Shown here piece after piece: positions 19,656 through 29,588 of a DNA stretch of 64,000 nt. The DNA lies in contig CAWKBC010000027.1 in NCBI GenBank assembly GCA_963847705.1, positions 320,001 to 384,000 of the forward strand. Direction: 5' to 3'. A program made the translations under genes and the position numbers. The DNA is from an uncultured Pseudomonadota bacterium (GTDB taxonomy: Bacteria > Myxococcota_A > Polyangia > Fen-1088). The notes below the pieces were generated by a model. That model had not been told where the DNA came from, ran no database searches, and saw only the letters and a list, made by a program, of their open reading frames with translations. The first letter of the stretch is position 1, and each line of letters opens with the position of its first letter.

Positions 19656-21533
19656 GTGGACGCAGCGAGGACGATGGAAAACGGAGTACCGGCGGGAGCT
19701 GAAGCGGCGGGCATTCTCGAAGCGGGGACGCGGCTCGGGAAGTACGAAATCCGGCGTCTCATCGGTCTCGGCTCGATGAGCGCCATCTATGAGGGCGCGC
19801 GCCCAGACACCGGGCGGCGCGTTGCGCTCAAGGTTCTCAGCCCGAAGCGCGCGGGGGTGCCGGGAGCGCGCGCGCGCTTTCTGACGGAGGCAAAGCTGAC
19901 GGCGCGGGTCCATCACGCGCACATCGTCGACGTGATCGAGGTCGGCGAGGACGGGGAGCGGAGCTTCCTGGCGATGGAGATGCTCGAAGGCGAGGATCTC
20001 GCCAGCCGGCTCCGGCAGGCCGGTTTCCTGTCGCCGGCAGAGACCGCGGACATTCTCGTGCCGGTGTGCGAAGCGGTGGCAGCGGCCCACGAGAGCGGCA
20101 TCGTTCACCGCGATCTCAAGCCGGCCAACATCTTCCTGGCGATTCGCGATCAAAGGATCCATCCGGTCGTCCTCGATTTCGGGATCGCGAACGACAACGA
20201 CAACGACGACGACGCTGGGACAGCTCCCGGCCCTCGGCTGGTCTTCGGAACTCCGTACTATCTGTCGCCGGAGCAGATTGCCGACCACCGAGCGGCCAGC
20301 CCCGCGAGTGATCAGTGGGCGCTCGGGGTGATCCTCTACGAGTGTCTGACGGGCGCGCGTCCGTACGATGGAGACAGTCTCGACGCCGTGTTCGCGGCCA
20401 TTCGCGCCGGGCACGCGGTGCCGCCGAGCGAGCGGCGGTCGGGCATCTCGACCGAGCTCGCGCAGGTCGTGATGCGGGCGATGAGCTCCGAGCCGAAGGC
20501 GCGGTTCGCTTCGGTGACCGAGCTGGCGCAGGCGTTGCGGCCGTTCCAGTCGACCCTCGGAGGGGCAAGCGCGTCCGGGCGCCGGCGGGCGCCGTCCTCA
20601 CCGGCGATCGCGGCGGAGGCGTCGACGCAGAGTCCCTTCACGCGGACGCTGACGCCCGAGATGGACGTGCTGGACGGGCTCTGGTTCGAGCCCGACCAGC
20701 CAGAGGAGACTGCCGGCGACCCGACATTGCCGCCGGCAGATCTGTCGTCGCCCGAGGAAACGTCGGTCGCTGGCGCCGAGCGCCCCCTCTCCTCCGAATC
20801 CTGGCCGACCTTCGCCAACAGCTGGACCGAAAAGTGGCGGTCGGCCTCGGGGCGCAGGTTCTCGGCTCGGCAGGTCGGTGCCGTGGCGGGTGGTGTGCTC
20901 GGTGGGCTCGCCCTGCTGATCCTCTTCACGCATGGTGGCTCCTCCAGGCAGTCGCAGCAGCCGGCGGCGGAGAAGGAGAGCTCTGCCGCGAAGGAGGCGC
21001 TGCTGGCCAAGGAGCCGGCACCGCCCAGCTCGCTCTCGGCCGCGGCGGTGAAGGAGCCCGCGGCGCCGGAGACGAAGGAGCCGGCGGCGGCGAAGGAGCC
21101 CGCGGCGCCGGAGGCGAAGGAGCCGGCGGCGGTGAAGGAGCCCGCGGCGCCGGAGGCGAAGGAGCCGGCGGCACCGGAGCCGGTGGTGGCGAAGGAGCCG
21201 GTGGTGGCGAAGGAGCCGGCGGAGGTGAAGGAGCCGGTGGTGGCGAAGGAGCCGGCGGAGGTGAAGGAGCCGGTGGTGGCGAAGGAGCCGGCGGCGGTGA
21301 AGGAGCCGGTGGTGGCGAAGGAGCCGGCGGTGGTCGAGCACGTCGCGAAGCCGCAGGCGACGCCGGCCGCGGTGCGGCCGCCAAAGGCAGAGCGCCATGA
21401 GCATCACGTCGCGGCGGCGCCAGCCCAGACACCGACGGCGAGCGGCGCTGCGCCGCGCGACACCGCGGAGAAGCCACGCGCCCGCACCAGCCCCGACGTT
21501 CGCATGCACAACGGCGTCCCCCTTCTCGATTGA
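19656..21533 (+). CDS. Membrane Ser/Thr kinase with extracytoplasmic KEP-repeat stalk
   Basis: VALK, HRDLKPAN, DFG, GTPYYLSPE, DQWALG. TM VGAVAGGVLGGLALLILF, 15 KEP repeats, terminal MHNGVPLLD. Confidence 0.9.
   Translation: MDAARTMENGVPAGAEAAGILEAGTRLGKYEIRRLIGLGSMSAIYEGARPDTGRRVALKVLSPKRAGVPGARARFLTEAKLTARVHHAHIVDVIEVGEDGERSFLAMEMLEGEDLASRLRQAGFLSPAETADILVPVCEAVAAAHESGIVHRDLKPANIFLAIRDQRIHPVVLDFGIANDNDNDDDAGTAPGPRLVFGTPYYLSPEQIADHRAASPASDQWALGVILYECLTGARPYDGDSLDAVFAAIRAGHAVPPSERRSGISTELAQVVMRAMSSEPKARFASVTELAQALRPFQSTLGGASASGRRRAPSSPAIAAEASTQSPFTRTLTPEMDVLDGLWFEPDQPEETAGDPTLPPADLSSPEETSVAGAERPLSSESWPTFANSWTEKWRSASGRRFSARQVGAVAGGVLGGLALLILFTHGGSSRQSQQPAAEKESSAAKEALLAKEPAPPSSLSAAAVKEPAAPETKEPAAAKEPAAPEAKEPAAVKEPAAPEAKEPAAPEPVVAKEPVVAKEPAEVKEPVVAKEPAEVKEPVVAKEPAAVKEPVVAKEPAVVEHVAKPQATPAAVRPPKAERHEHHVAAAPAQTPTASGAAPRDTAEKPRARTSPDVRMHNGVPLLD
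21009..21333 (+). repeat. Coding tandem repeat (aaggagccg-based 18/24 bp units; KEPAAV/KEPVVA)
   Basis: 15 KEP motifs counted in the translation. Confidence 0.9.
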
Positions 21534-21555
21534 AAGCCAACCTTCAAAGGATCAG

Positions 21556-22665
21556 ATGGTCTCGAAGAGCGCGTTAGAGAGATTCGCGACCGGTCGGGGA
21601 GCCCGGCGTCGGCGGAGCGCCGGCTTTGGGGTCGTGCTCGCTCTCTTTCCGGTGCTGCTCTTGCTGGCATCGCCGTCGCGCCTGCGGGCCGGGACGGAGG
21701 AGGCGGAGCAGGCGGAGGCGCTCATTCGGGAAGGCGTGCAGCTGCGCGCCCAGGACCAGACGGCGCGGGCCTTGCCGTTGTTCGAGAAGGCCTACCGGCT
21801 CTCGCGCAACCCGCGAACGGCCGGCCAGCTGGGGCTGTGCGAGCTCGAGCTCGGCTTCTTCGCCGAAGCGGAGCTCTATCTGTCGGAGGCGCTGGCGACG
21901 CCGACTCACCCCTGGATCGCCAAGAACCGAACGACGTTGAAGCGCCAGCTCGACGCCGCGCGCGCGAACGTCGGGGAGCTCTCGTTGACCGTCTCACCAG
22001 CGACCGCCGAGGTGCTGCTCGACAACAAGTCGACGGACAAGGTGGTCCCCGGCGTGCCCCTTCACCTCCGAAAGGGGCCGGTGGTCGTCGAAATCCGCGC
22101 GCCCGGCTACCAGCCGGTGCAAGCGACCATCAACATCGTCGGCGGAAAGCGAGAGGAGCGCACCTTCGCGCTGGTTCCGGATTCGCCTCCGCCGGTGGTG
22201 CCGGTGGCGGAGACCAGCCCGGCGGTGACCCTGGCGACGGGCGCGCCCCCCGCGGAGACCACCGAGACCGACCCCCGGCGAATCGCCGCCTGGGCGGCCG
22301 GGAGCGGGGCGCTGCTCGCGCTGGCCGTGGGGACGATCGAGGCCTTCAACGCCGCCAGCAAGCGCGACGACTTCAACAACCACACCAGCTTCGTTGGCGG
22401 CATGGCGCGCCCCGACTGCACGACGGTCAGCCTGTCGGCGGAGTGCAAGCCGCTCAAGGACGACTACAATCGCGCGCTCACGGTGTCGGTCGTCAGCTTC
22501 GTCATGGCGGGGGCACTGGCGGCCGCGTCTTCGGTCCTCTTCGTCCTCTCCTCGTCCGGTCATGTCAGCAACGCGGAGCGCGCCGGCGGCGCTCCGGTCG
22601 CGCCAGCGTGGGCCTGTGTCCCGGACCTCGGTGTCCGCGGGCTCGGCTGTAGCCTGCGGTTTTGA
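21556..22665 (+). CDS. TPR + PEGA domain envelope protein
   Basis: Signal-like hydrophobic stretch, TPR-like helices (ALPLFEKAY..TAGQLGLCELELG), PEGA-like GELSLTVSPATAEVLLD..EIRAPGY, two hydrophobic helices, C-terminus GLGCSLRF. Confidence 0.75.
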   Translation: MVSKSALERFATGRGARRRRSAGFGVVLALFPVLLLLASPSRLRAGTEEAEQAEALIREGVQLRAQDQTARALPLFEKAYRLSRNPRTAGQLGLCELELGFFAEAELYLSEALATPTHPWIAKNRTTLKRQLDAARANVGELSLTVSPATAEVLLDNKSTDKVVPGVPLHLRKGPVVVEIRAPGYQPVQATINIVGGKREERTFALVPDSPPPVVPVAETSPAVTLATGAPPAETTETDPRRIAAWAAGSGALLALAVGTIEAFNAASKRDDFNNHTSFVGGMARPDCTTVSLSAECKPLKDDYNRALTVSVVSFVMAGALAAASSVLFVLSSSGHVSNAERAGGAPVAPAWACVPDLGVRGLGCSLRF

Positions 22666-22682
22666 GCAAACGGAGACCAGAG

Positions 22683-24437
22683 ATGCTTCGACGATTGGTG
22701 TTGGTGACGGTGGTCCTCGGGGGTTCGGGCGTCGGCTGTGGTGGCCTTCGGGACCAGCCGCTGTCGTGGGACGGGGCCGTGGTCCCGACGGGGACAGGCG
22801 GCTCGTCGAGCACGGGAGGGCGAGGGGGCACCGGTGGCAAGGGGGCGACGGGCGGCGCGGCGGGAAGGACGACGGACGGCGGCGGGCCTGACGTGCCGGC
22901 CTGTACCCCTGGCAGCGCGTGCGCGCCGGCCAACCCCTGCCACCTGGGACAGACGGCCTGCTCCGACGGCGTCGCGACCTGCACCGACACGCAGCAGCCC
23001 CAGGCGAACGGCACCGTTTGCGGCACGGACAAGGTCTGTCTGAGCGGTTCCTGCGCGACCTGCGCGGCGGGAGGCGCCTGCTCGCCGGGAAGCGCCTGTC
23101 GAACGGGGACGACCTCGTGCGCCACCGGCAGTCCCGTGTGCGCCGAATCGGGCGACCAGCCGAACGGAACCGCGTGCGGCGCCGGGATGGTGTGCCTCTC
23201 GGGGCAGTGCGCCGCGTGCGCCGACGGCGCGAGCTGCGTGCCCACCAATCCCTGCCATCAAGGAACGCTGGCGTGCGCGACGGGGACGCCGGTCTGCACC
23301 GACACGGGGACGCTGCTGGCCGCCGGAACCAGCTGCGGAACGAACAAGGTCTGCGGTCCGGCGGGAAGCTGCCTGAGCTGCACCGCGGGCGCGAGCTGCA
23401 ACGTCAGCGGCAAGCCGTGCCGGACGGGCACCACCAGCTGCGACACGGGCGCAGCCGTCTGCACCGAGTCGGGCAACGTCGCCAATGGCACGTCCTGCGG
23501 GACGAACATGGTCTGCGGCAACGGCGCTTGCACCGCCTGCACCGCCGGGGCTGACTGCACCCCGGCGAACGCCTGTCGGACCGGCGCGATCTCCTGCACG
23601 ACAGGGGCGCCGGTCTGCGGGGAGACGGGGAACGCAGCGAACGGGACCTCGTGCGGGACGAACAAGGTCTGCAACGCCGGGGCGTGCAGCAGCTGCACGG
23701 CCGGGGTCACCTGTACGCCCACGAACGCCTGCCGGACGGGCGCGACGTCGTGCGCGACGGGGACGTCCGTCTGCGCGGAGACCGGGAACGTTGCAAACGG
23801 GACGTCGTGCGGGAACAACAAGGTGTGCAACGCCGGGGCGTGCAGCAGCTGCATGGCCGGGGTCACCTGTACGCCCACGAACGCCTGCCGGACGGGCGCG
23901 ACGTCGTGCGCGACGGGGACGTCCGTCTGCGCGGAGACCGGGAACGTGGCGAACGGGACCTCCTGCGGGAACAACAAGGTGTGCAACGCCGGAACGTGCA
24001 GCAGCTGCACGGCCGGCGGCAGCTGCGCTCCGAGCGATCCCTGCCAGCTGGGAATGACCACCTGCCAGACGGGCAGCGCGACCTGTCAGGCCACCGGGCC
24101 GGCGCCCGACGGAACGACCTGTGGCCTCAATCAGGTCTGCAGCGGGGGGAGCTGCGTGGCCTGCAACTCGGGCGCGACCTGCTCGACGGGAAATGCGTGC
24201 AAGCTCCCGGGGATGATCTCCTGCACGACGGGCAGTCCGGTCTGTGTGGCCTCCGGCAACGCGCCTTCCGGGACGGCCTGCGGCGCGCCGCAGTCGTGCA
24301 CGAACGGCGTGGTGACGCCGGGTCAGACCTGCAACGGGAACGGGAACTGCAGGACGCCGTCAACCATCACCTGCGACTCGGGGCTTTGTGATGGAACGGG
24401 AACGGGTTGCGCCTTGCCGCCCGACGCAGGGCAGTGA
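22683..24437 (+). CDS. Cys-rich repeat surface lipoprotein (52-aa, 8-Cys units)
   Basis: Lipobox GVGC, short Gly linker, about 9 repeats of NGTxCGxNKVCxxGxCxxCxAGxxCxPxNxCRxGxxSCxTGxxVC. Confidence 0.85.
   Translation: MLRRLVLVTVVLGGSGVGCGGLRDQPLSWDGAVVPTGTGGSSSTGGRGGTGGKGATGGAAGRTTDGGGPDVPACTPGSACAPANPCHLGQTACSDGVATCTDTQQPQANGTVCGTDKVCLSGSCATCAAGGACSPGSACRTGTTSCATGSPVCAESGDQPNGTACGAGMVCLSGQCAACADGASCVPTNPCHQGTLACATGTPVCTDTGTLLAAGTSCGTNKVCGPAGSCLSCTAGASCNVSGKPCRTGTTSCDTGAAVCTESGNVANGTSCGTNMVCGNGACTACTAGADCTPANACRTGAISCTTGAPVCGETGNAANGTSCGTNKVCNAGACSSCTAGVTCTPTNACRTGATSCATGTSVCAETGNVANGTSCGNNKVCNAGACSSCMAGVTCTPTNACRTGATSCATGTSVCAETGNVANGTSCGNNKVCNAGTCSSCTAGGSCAPSDPCQLGMTTCQTGSATCQATGPAPDGTTCGLNQVCSGGSCVACNSGATCSTGNACKLPGMISCTTGSPVCVASGNAPSGTACGAPQSCTNGVVTPGQTCNGNGNCRTPSTITCDSGLCDGTGTGCALPPDAGQ
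23485..24010 (+). repeat. 156-bp near-identical coding tandem repeats
   Basis: acgggac(c/g)tc recurs at 23641, 23797 and 23953, with almost identical intervening DNA. Confidence 0.9.
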
Positions 24438-24487
24438 CGCCTGGCGGAGGATCGCCGTCGTCGCGCGCCTTGACCGGGAAGGTCGGG

Positions 24488-25726
24488 TCAGAAGGCGCCC
24501 CCGAGCGCCCGCGTCGCGATCTCGGACAGCTCGGCGTCGGTGAGCGCGATCGGATTGCCCTTCATGCTGCTGGCGACGCGCGCCTTGTCCACCAGCGCGC
24601 CGACGTCTGATTCGCGCATCCCGTAGCGGGCGAGACCAGGGACGTCGAGCGCGCGGCAGAGCTCGGCGACCCAACCGAGGCCCTCCTCGATGGTGGCCGC
24701 AGGATTGCCGGTGACGAGCGTCGCCACCTCCCGATAGCGGGCCAGCGCGGGACCGTCAGGATCGCGGGCGCGCAAGGCCGCCACGTTGATCCGCATGACC
24801 GGCCCGAGCAGGGCGGCACAGACCGCGCCGTGGGGCGCGTCGAAGATCCCGCCGACCGGAGCGGCGAAGCCGTGCACGGCACCGAGCCCGGCGTTCGCCA
24901 GGCTGAGGCCCCCGAGCAGGCTCGCCAGCGCGAGCGCCTCGCGATCGGCCGGCGCCACGCCGACCCCCCTCCGAGCCGCGGTGTACGCACGCCGAAGCGC
25001 CGCTGCCGAGCGCTGCAGCCCTTCCCGGGCAAAACCGTCGGTGAGGGGGTTCGCCCGGGCGCTGACGAAGGGCTCGATGAGCTGCGACAACGCATCGAGT
25101 CCGCTGGCGGCGAGCACTTCCGCCGGCAGCCCGACGAGGAGATCGGGATCGACGAGCGCCACGCTCGGCAGCATGAGCGGGCTGCGCAGGCTGGCCTTCA
25201 TTCCATCCTTGCCACCCTCGCCACCCTTGCCACCCTCGCCGTGGGCGCGGGAGCCGAGCACCGCGTTCTTGGTCACCTCCGAGCCGGTGCCCGCCGTCGT
25301 GGGGAGCGCGATGAAAGGGAGCGAACGGCGCGTGAGCGCCTGGCCGCGACCGACCACTTCCAGGTAGTCGAGAGGGTCGCCCCCGTTCGCGAGCAGCGCG
25401 GCGATCGCCTTGCCGGCGTCGAGCGTGCTGCCGCCACCGAACGCGATCACCACCTCGCAAGACGCGGCGCGCGCGGCCGTCACGCCCGCGCGCGCGGTCT
25501 CCACGGTGGGCTCCCCGGCGACGGAGAAGGTCGTCGCCGCCACGCCCGCGGCGGCGAGCGCCTCCAGCACCCCCCGGGCCCGCTCGGTGCTCTTGCCCGT
25601 GACCAGCAGGGCGCTTCTCCCCAGCCCGGCCGCGAGCGCGCCCACCTCGCGCGCGCAGCCCGCGCCGAAGACGATCCGCGTCGGCGCGGCCAGCTCGAAC
25701 GCCAGGCTCGGCGCCACGCTCACCAA
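24488..25726 (-). CDS. Iron-containing alcohol dehydrogenase
   Basis: [46 protein letters not shown]. Confidence 0.92.
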   Translation of the reverse strand: MVSVAPSLAFELAAPTRIVFGAGCAREVGALAAGLGRSALLVTGKSTERARGVLEALAAAGVAATTFSVAGEPTVETARAGVTAARAASCEVVIAFGGGSTLDAGKAIAALLANGGDPLDYLEVVGRGQALTRRSLPFIALPTTAGTGSEVTKNAVLGSRAHGEGGKGGEGGKDGMKASLRSPLMLPSVALVDPDLLVGLPAEVLAASGLDALSQLIEPFVSARANPLTDGFAREGLQRSAAALRRAYTAARRGVGVAPADREALALASLLGGLSLANAGLGAVHGFAAPVGGIFDAPHGAVCAALLGPVMRINVAALRARDPDGPALARYREVATLVTGNPAATIEEGLGWVAELCRALDVPGLARYGMRESDVGALVDKARVASSMKGNPIALTDAELSEIATRALGGAF

Positions 25727-26037
25727 CCCTGAGCGTCGGGGAATACGTTGACGTAGCGAGCGGCGCTGCGCGGCTCGGCCATCAGCTCGGCGACGGCGTC
25801 TCGCCAGCGCAGGTAGTGCGCGGTCTCCTTGTGCGCGGCCGGCGCTTCGGGCGAGCGGTAGACCTCGACCAGCACGAAGCGGGTCGGATCTTCGACCGAC
25901 TGGATCACGTCGAAGCGGGCCACGCCCGGCTCCTTCACGCTGTGGCGGGCGTTGTCGAGGGACGCCACGCGGAACGCCTCCACCCCCTCGGTTTTGACGT
26001 GGACGTACACGTGGACGATGACGAGTGACTCCGGCAT
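25720..26037 (-). CDS. ABM-domain monooxygenase/isomerase (LsrG/YgiN-like)
   Basis: [31 protein letters not shown]. Overlaps the start of the Fe-ADH gene. Confidence 0.85.
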   Translation of the reverse strand: MPESLVIVHVYVHVKTEGVEAFRVASLDNARHSVKEPGVARFDVIQSVEDPTRFVLVEVYRSPEAPAAHKETAHYLRWRDAVAELMAEPRSAARYVNVFPDAQGW

Positions 26038-26075
26038 GCGGGCAGTGTAACGCCTGGTTCGGCCCGACGCGCAGG

Positions 26076-27404
26076 CTAGCGGAAGATGATGCTGTCGATG
26101 CGGAGCTCCACGGTGCAGGTCCCCGCGCCGGCCGACCCCGAGTTCACCTGCCACTGAACCCCGGTCACTTGAGCCGGCGTCGAGATCGTCGAGCTGGACG
26201 GATTGTTGAAGAGCGTGAAGGTCTCCCGGTAGGTGCTCGCCGCGGCGGTCGGGGCGGTCAGACCGGTGACCGCCGGATAGCGGTAACAGGTGGTGGTCGT
26301 CGCGTTGCAGGTCCCGCCGCTCGGGTTGGTGGCGGTGGAGTCTCGCTGATCTTGGGTCTGGAGCTGCACCTGCCAGGTACAACCCGTCAAGCTGCCGGCC
26401 GTGATCGCGGCGGTGAACTGCACGGAGGTGAAGCTCGAGGCGTTCACGCAGGAGTTGAAGGTGACGCCACCTCCGGCGTAGCCCATCGCGCCGACGGTGA
26501 GGTTCAGCTTGAGGTTCTGGGCGCTGGTGTCGACGGCGGCGGTCGCGGCCGAGGGCGAAGCCCCCGAGTAGGAGAACACGCTGCCGCTGAGCCCGTCCGC
26601 GTTGCACCACATTCCGGTCGAGCCGTTCCAGTCGGCCGGCGAGAAGTCGGTGACGTCACCGTCGGGGAGCTTGAGCGCCCCGGCGGTCGAGCAGTCGAGC
26701 ACACCGCCGAGCGTACAGACGTTCCCGCTCGCGCCGGCCTTGCCGCCCGCGCCTGCGGCGCCCCCTGCTCCCGATGCGCCGCCGGTGCCCGTGACACCGC
26801 CGGTGGCGACGACGCCGCCGGTGCCCGGGACGCCGCCGGTGGCGACGACGCCGCCGGTACCGGTGACACCGCCGGTGGCGACGACGCCGCCGGTGCCCGG
26901 GACGCCGCCGGTGGCGACGACGCCGCCGGTGCCCGTGACGCCGCCGGTGGCGACGATGCCGCCGGTGCCCGTGACGCCGCCGGTGGCGACGACGCCGCCG
27001 GTGCCCGTGACGCCGCCGGTGGCGACGACGCCGCCGGTGCCCGGGACGCCGCCGGTGGCGACGACGCCGCCGGTGCCCGTGACGCCGCCGGTGGCGATGA
27101 CGCCGCCGGTGCCCGTCACGCCGCCGGTGGTGGTGACGCCGCCCGTCCCGGTTTTCCCGCCGGTCGCGACCGTGCCCGCGGTTCCACCGCGGCCGCCGCT
27201 CCCGAGAGCGCCACCGCCTCCCGTCGGCGAGACGCCTCCAGCACCGCTACCGCCTGTGCCGAAGGTACCGCCGCCGCCCGTCTCGTCTGCACCCGGAGCC
27301 TCCATGCCTCGGTTTGCGCATCCCGCGAGAGTCAGGGCCAGCAGACAGACCCGCAGCGCGACTCGCGCAGGGCCGAACGAGGGGGCGTTGGGCATTGCAG
27401 GCAT
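26076..27404 (-). CDS. Lipoprotein with [12 protein letters not shown] repeats and a C-terminal putative carbohydrate-binding beta-sandwich
   Basis: Lipobox LAGC, repeat linker, C-terminal domain [38 protein letters not shown] (CBM-like pattern, inferred). Confidence 0.65.
   Translation of the reverse strand: MPAMPNAPSFGPARVALRVCLLALTLAGCANRGMEAPGADETGGGGTFGTGGSGAGGVSPTGGGGALGSGGRGGTAGTVATGGKTGTGGVTTTGGVTGTGGVIATGGVTGTGGVVATGGVPGTGGVVATGGVTGTGGVVATGGVTGTGGIVATGGVTGTGGVVATGGVPGTGGVVATGGVTGTGGVVATGGVPGTGGVVATGGVTGTGGASGAGGAAGAGGKAGASGNVCTLGGVLDCSTAGALKLPDGDVTDFSPADWNGSTGMWCNADGLSGSVFSYSGASPSAATAAVDTSAQNLKLNLTVGAMGYAGGGVTFNSCVNASSFTSVQFTAAITAGSLTGCTWQVQLQTQDQRDSTATNPSGGTCNATTTTCYRYPAVTGLTAPTAAASTYRETFTLFNNPSSSTISTPAQVTGVQWQVNSGSAGAGTCTVELRIDSIIFR
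26787..27146 (-). repeat. 36-bp coding tandem repeat, about 10 copies
   Basis: ccgccggtgcccgtgacgccgccggtggcgacgacg unit with 36-bp period. Confidence 0.9.
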
Positions 27405-27674
27405 AGTCTATTGCAAAATCGAGGGACAGTTCGCCAGCGCAAACCGAGCCTCGGCTCTGGCCCGGACCGGCTCCGACAGCCGCGGACCAGTCGGTTTTCA
27501 TGACAGGAGCCTACCGGCGCCGACAAAAACCTACGGTGTCACGCGCCCGGGGGAGTTGCGGCAGGTGCGCCGTTGGAGCTGCCGTTCGTGGCCGCAATCC
27601 CCGTGAACAGCGTCGCGTCGCGTCCTCGCGCCCGGCCGGTGTAACGGGCCGCTCGGACGGTGCCGGTCGATCCC

Positions 27675-27715
27675 AAAAGGAAACGGCCAGTCCGCGCGAG
27701 GCGGACCGGCCGTTT
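27675..27715 (-). terminator. Rho-independent terminator after the ricin-lectin gene
   Basis: Minus strand AAACGGCCGGTCCGC-CTCGC-GCGGACTGGCCGTTT followed by CCTTTT. Confidence 0.7.
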
Positions 27716-27741
27716 GTAGGGCGACTGCTTCAGGTCAGCGC

Positions 27742-29577
27742 TTACTGCATGCTGAACTGGGCGTTGGTGCCGGGGGTGGTCCCGCAGTCGTACAGCTGCA
27801 TGAGCGCACCGTTCGACGTGCTCGGGCCCTGGATGTTCAGGCAGCGCCCAGAGGCCACGTTCTGGAAGGCGTACACGCCCGAGGTGGACATCGGCAGCGC
27901 GGTGTAGCTCTGCGCCGTGCTCCCGTTGCAGCTCTGAATCACGACCATCGTGCCATTGCCCGTGCCGTTGTTGCTGGCGCCCAGGCACATCGCCTGGTTC
28001 GCGCCCATCGCGATCTCCCAGTTGCTGCCGTTGGCCAGCAGGTAGAAGGCCTGGTTGATGTTGCCGGACTGGGTCTGGTACTGCTGAATCCCGGTGCCGG
28101 TCGCCTGGCTGCCGCCGACGACGTCGATCGACTCGCCGGTCGCGTTCTGGGGAACCATGCGATAGGTCCGCGACGAGGCGAACGTCGGGGTCTGGTTGGC
28201 GGTGCTGCCCGCGACAATGGTCGCCTGGATGTTGAACTGCTGGCTGGCCGTGCCAGACGTGCAGGTGTTGACCTCCATGACGGCCCCCGGTGCGGTGTTG
28301 CCGCCGCGGACGTTCATGCAGAGACCGGTGCTGGCCGTGGCGACGTTGAAGCTGCCGTTCATGGCGTTGGCGCTGATGTTCCAGTTCTGCGAGGCGCTGC
28401 CGTTGCAGGTGTTGAGCACCAACCCGGTGCCGGCGCTGCCGGCGCCCGCGTCGAGGCATTGGGCCGTGTTGTTCATCGGCGAGATGGTCCAGCTGGAGCC
28501 GTTGGGCGCCATCACGAAGACCGAGGTAGCGAGACCCGCCGAGGCGTTCCACTGTTGAATCGGCGAGGTGCCGCAGTCCATGACCATCGGGCTGCCCTGA
28601 GTGGCGACGGCCGAGAGCGTGTACTGGTAGCTGGTGTCGAACACCGGCGTGTAGTTGTTGTTGCGCCACACGGTGATGCCGTGCTGCCAGACGCCCCCGT
28701 TGTTCGTGGTGAGGGCTTTGTAGCCGTCGGGGCAGCCGGCCGCAGGGTTCGAGTTCGAGCCCGCAGGGCAGCTGCCCGACACGCCCTGGCTGAACTGCCC
28801 GACCGATGAAGCATTTTGGCAGAGTGTGGCGTTGCCGAATGGGTTCACATACGGAGCGCCGCTCTGGTTGGCGCCGAGGCGCCCGGCCACGACGCCCGAG
28901 GCGCCGGTGGGAAAGCCGGCACCGTCGCAGTAGTAGGCGACGGGGGCGGTCACGCCGGGCTTGCTGAGGTTGGTCATGGCGCCGGTGTCGATGATGTCGC
29001 CGAAGAAGGTTCCCTCCTGCATGGGGAAGTTGACGCGATCGACGCCCCAGCCGATGGCGGTGTCGTTCGAGTCGAGCCAGAGCGGGACGTGGACGCCGGC
29101 GGTGTTGACGTGGGCCATCATGCAGGCGGAGAGCGCCTCCATGCACTGGTCGTTCCCGTAGACGCCGCCGTTCTTCCAGGCGGGGCAGAGGCCGATGCCG
29201 CCGGCGAAGGTGTAGTTGTTGCCGTTCTGATCCGCCTTGACCAGGGAGTCGTTGGCGGCGAGGGCACACTTGACGAGGTAGGAGATCGTCTTGCGGCCTC
29301 CCGAGTTCGTCATGAGGCCGTTGATGGAGCTGAGGCCGTTGATGGACGACAGCCCGTTGATGGAGCTGAGGCCGTTGATGGACGACAGGCCGTTGATGGA
29401 GCTGAGGCCGTTGATGGACGACAGCCCGTTGATGGAGCTGAGGCCGTTGATGGACGACAGCCCCAGGTCGTGGGTCCCCGTCTCGACGTCGCTCGACTGC
29501 TCACCGCAGCCGATCAGGCCGGCGATGGCCCCGAGAGCGATGCTGATTTGGATGGTCCGCTTCCCCAGTTCTCTCAT
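27742..29577 (-). CDS. Lipoprotein: (GLSSIN)8 repeat, Cys-rich domain of unknown function, two ricin-B lectin domains
   Basis: Lipobox LIGC, 8 x GLSSIN, LVKCAL..GGIGLCPAW..SACMMAHVN..QEGTFFG domain, QxW/QxF repeats (CNGSASQNW, SGRCLNI, NAQF). Confidence 0.8.
   Translation of the reverse strand: MRELGKRTIQISIALGAIAGLIGCGEQSSDVETGTHDLGLSSINGLSSINGLSSINGLSSINGLSSINGLSSINGLSSINGLSSINGLMTNSGGRKTISYLVKCALAANDSLVKADQNGNNYTFAGGIGLCPAWKNGGVYGNDQCMEALSACMMAHVNTAGVHVPLWLDSNDTAIGWGVDRVNFPMQEGTFFGDIIDTGAMTNLSKPGVTAPVAYYCDGAGFPTGASGVVAGRLGANQSGAPYVNPFGNATLCQNASSVGQFSQGVSGSCPAGSNSNPAAGCPDGYKALTTNNGGVWQHGITVWRNNNYTPVFDTSYQYTLSAVATQGSPMVMDCGTSPIQQWNASAGLATSVFVMAPNGSSWTISPMNNTAQCLDAGAGSAGTGLVLNTCNGSASQNWNISANAMNGSFNVATASTGLCMNVRGGNTAPGAVMEVNTCTSGTASQQFNIQATIVAGSTANQTPTFASSRTYRMVPQNATGESIDVVGGSQATGTGIQQYQTQSGNINQAFYLLANGSNWEIAMGANQAMCLGASNNGTGNGTMVVIQSCNGSTAQSYTALPMSTSGVYAFQNVASGRCLNIQGPSTSNGALMQLYDCGTTPGTNAQFSMQ
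29315..29464 (-). repeat. 18-bp repeat x8 (36-bp dimer x4) encoding GLSSIN
   Basis: ttgatgga at 29321, 29339, ... 29447, with alternating synonymous codons. Confidence 0.92.
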
Positions 29578-29588
29578 TTGAATACCCC

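Noticed and set aside
26787-29464. 36-bp and 18-bp periodic repeats as possible CRISPR arrays
   Set aside because: No unique spacers, in-frame within lipoprotein genes, and no cas genes.
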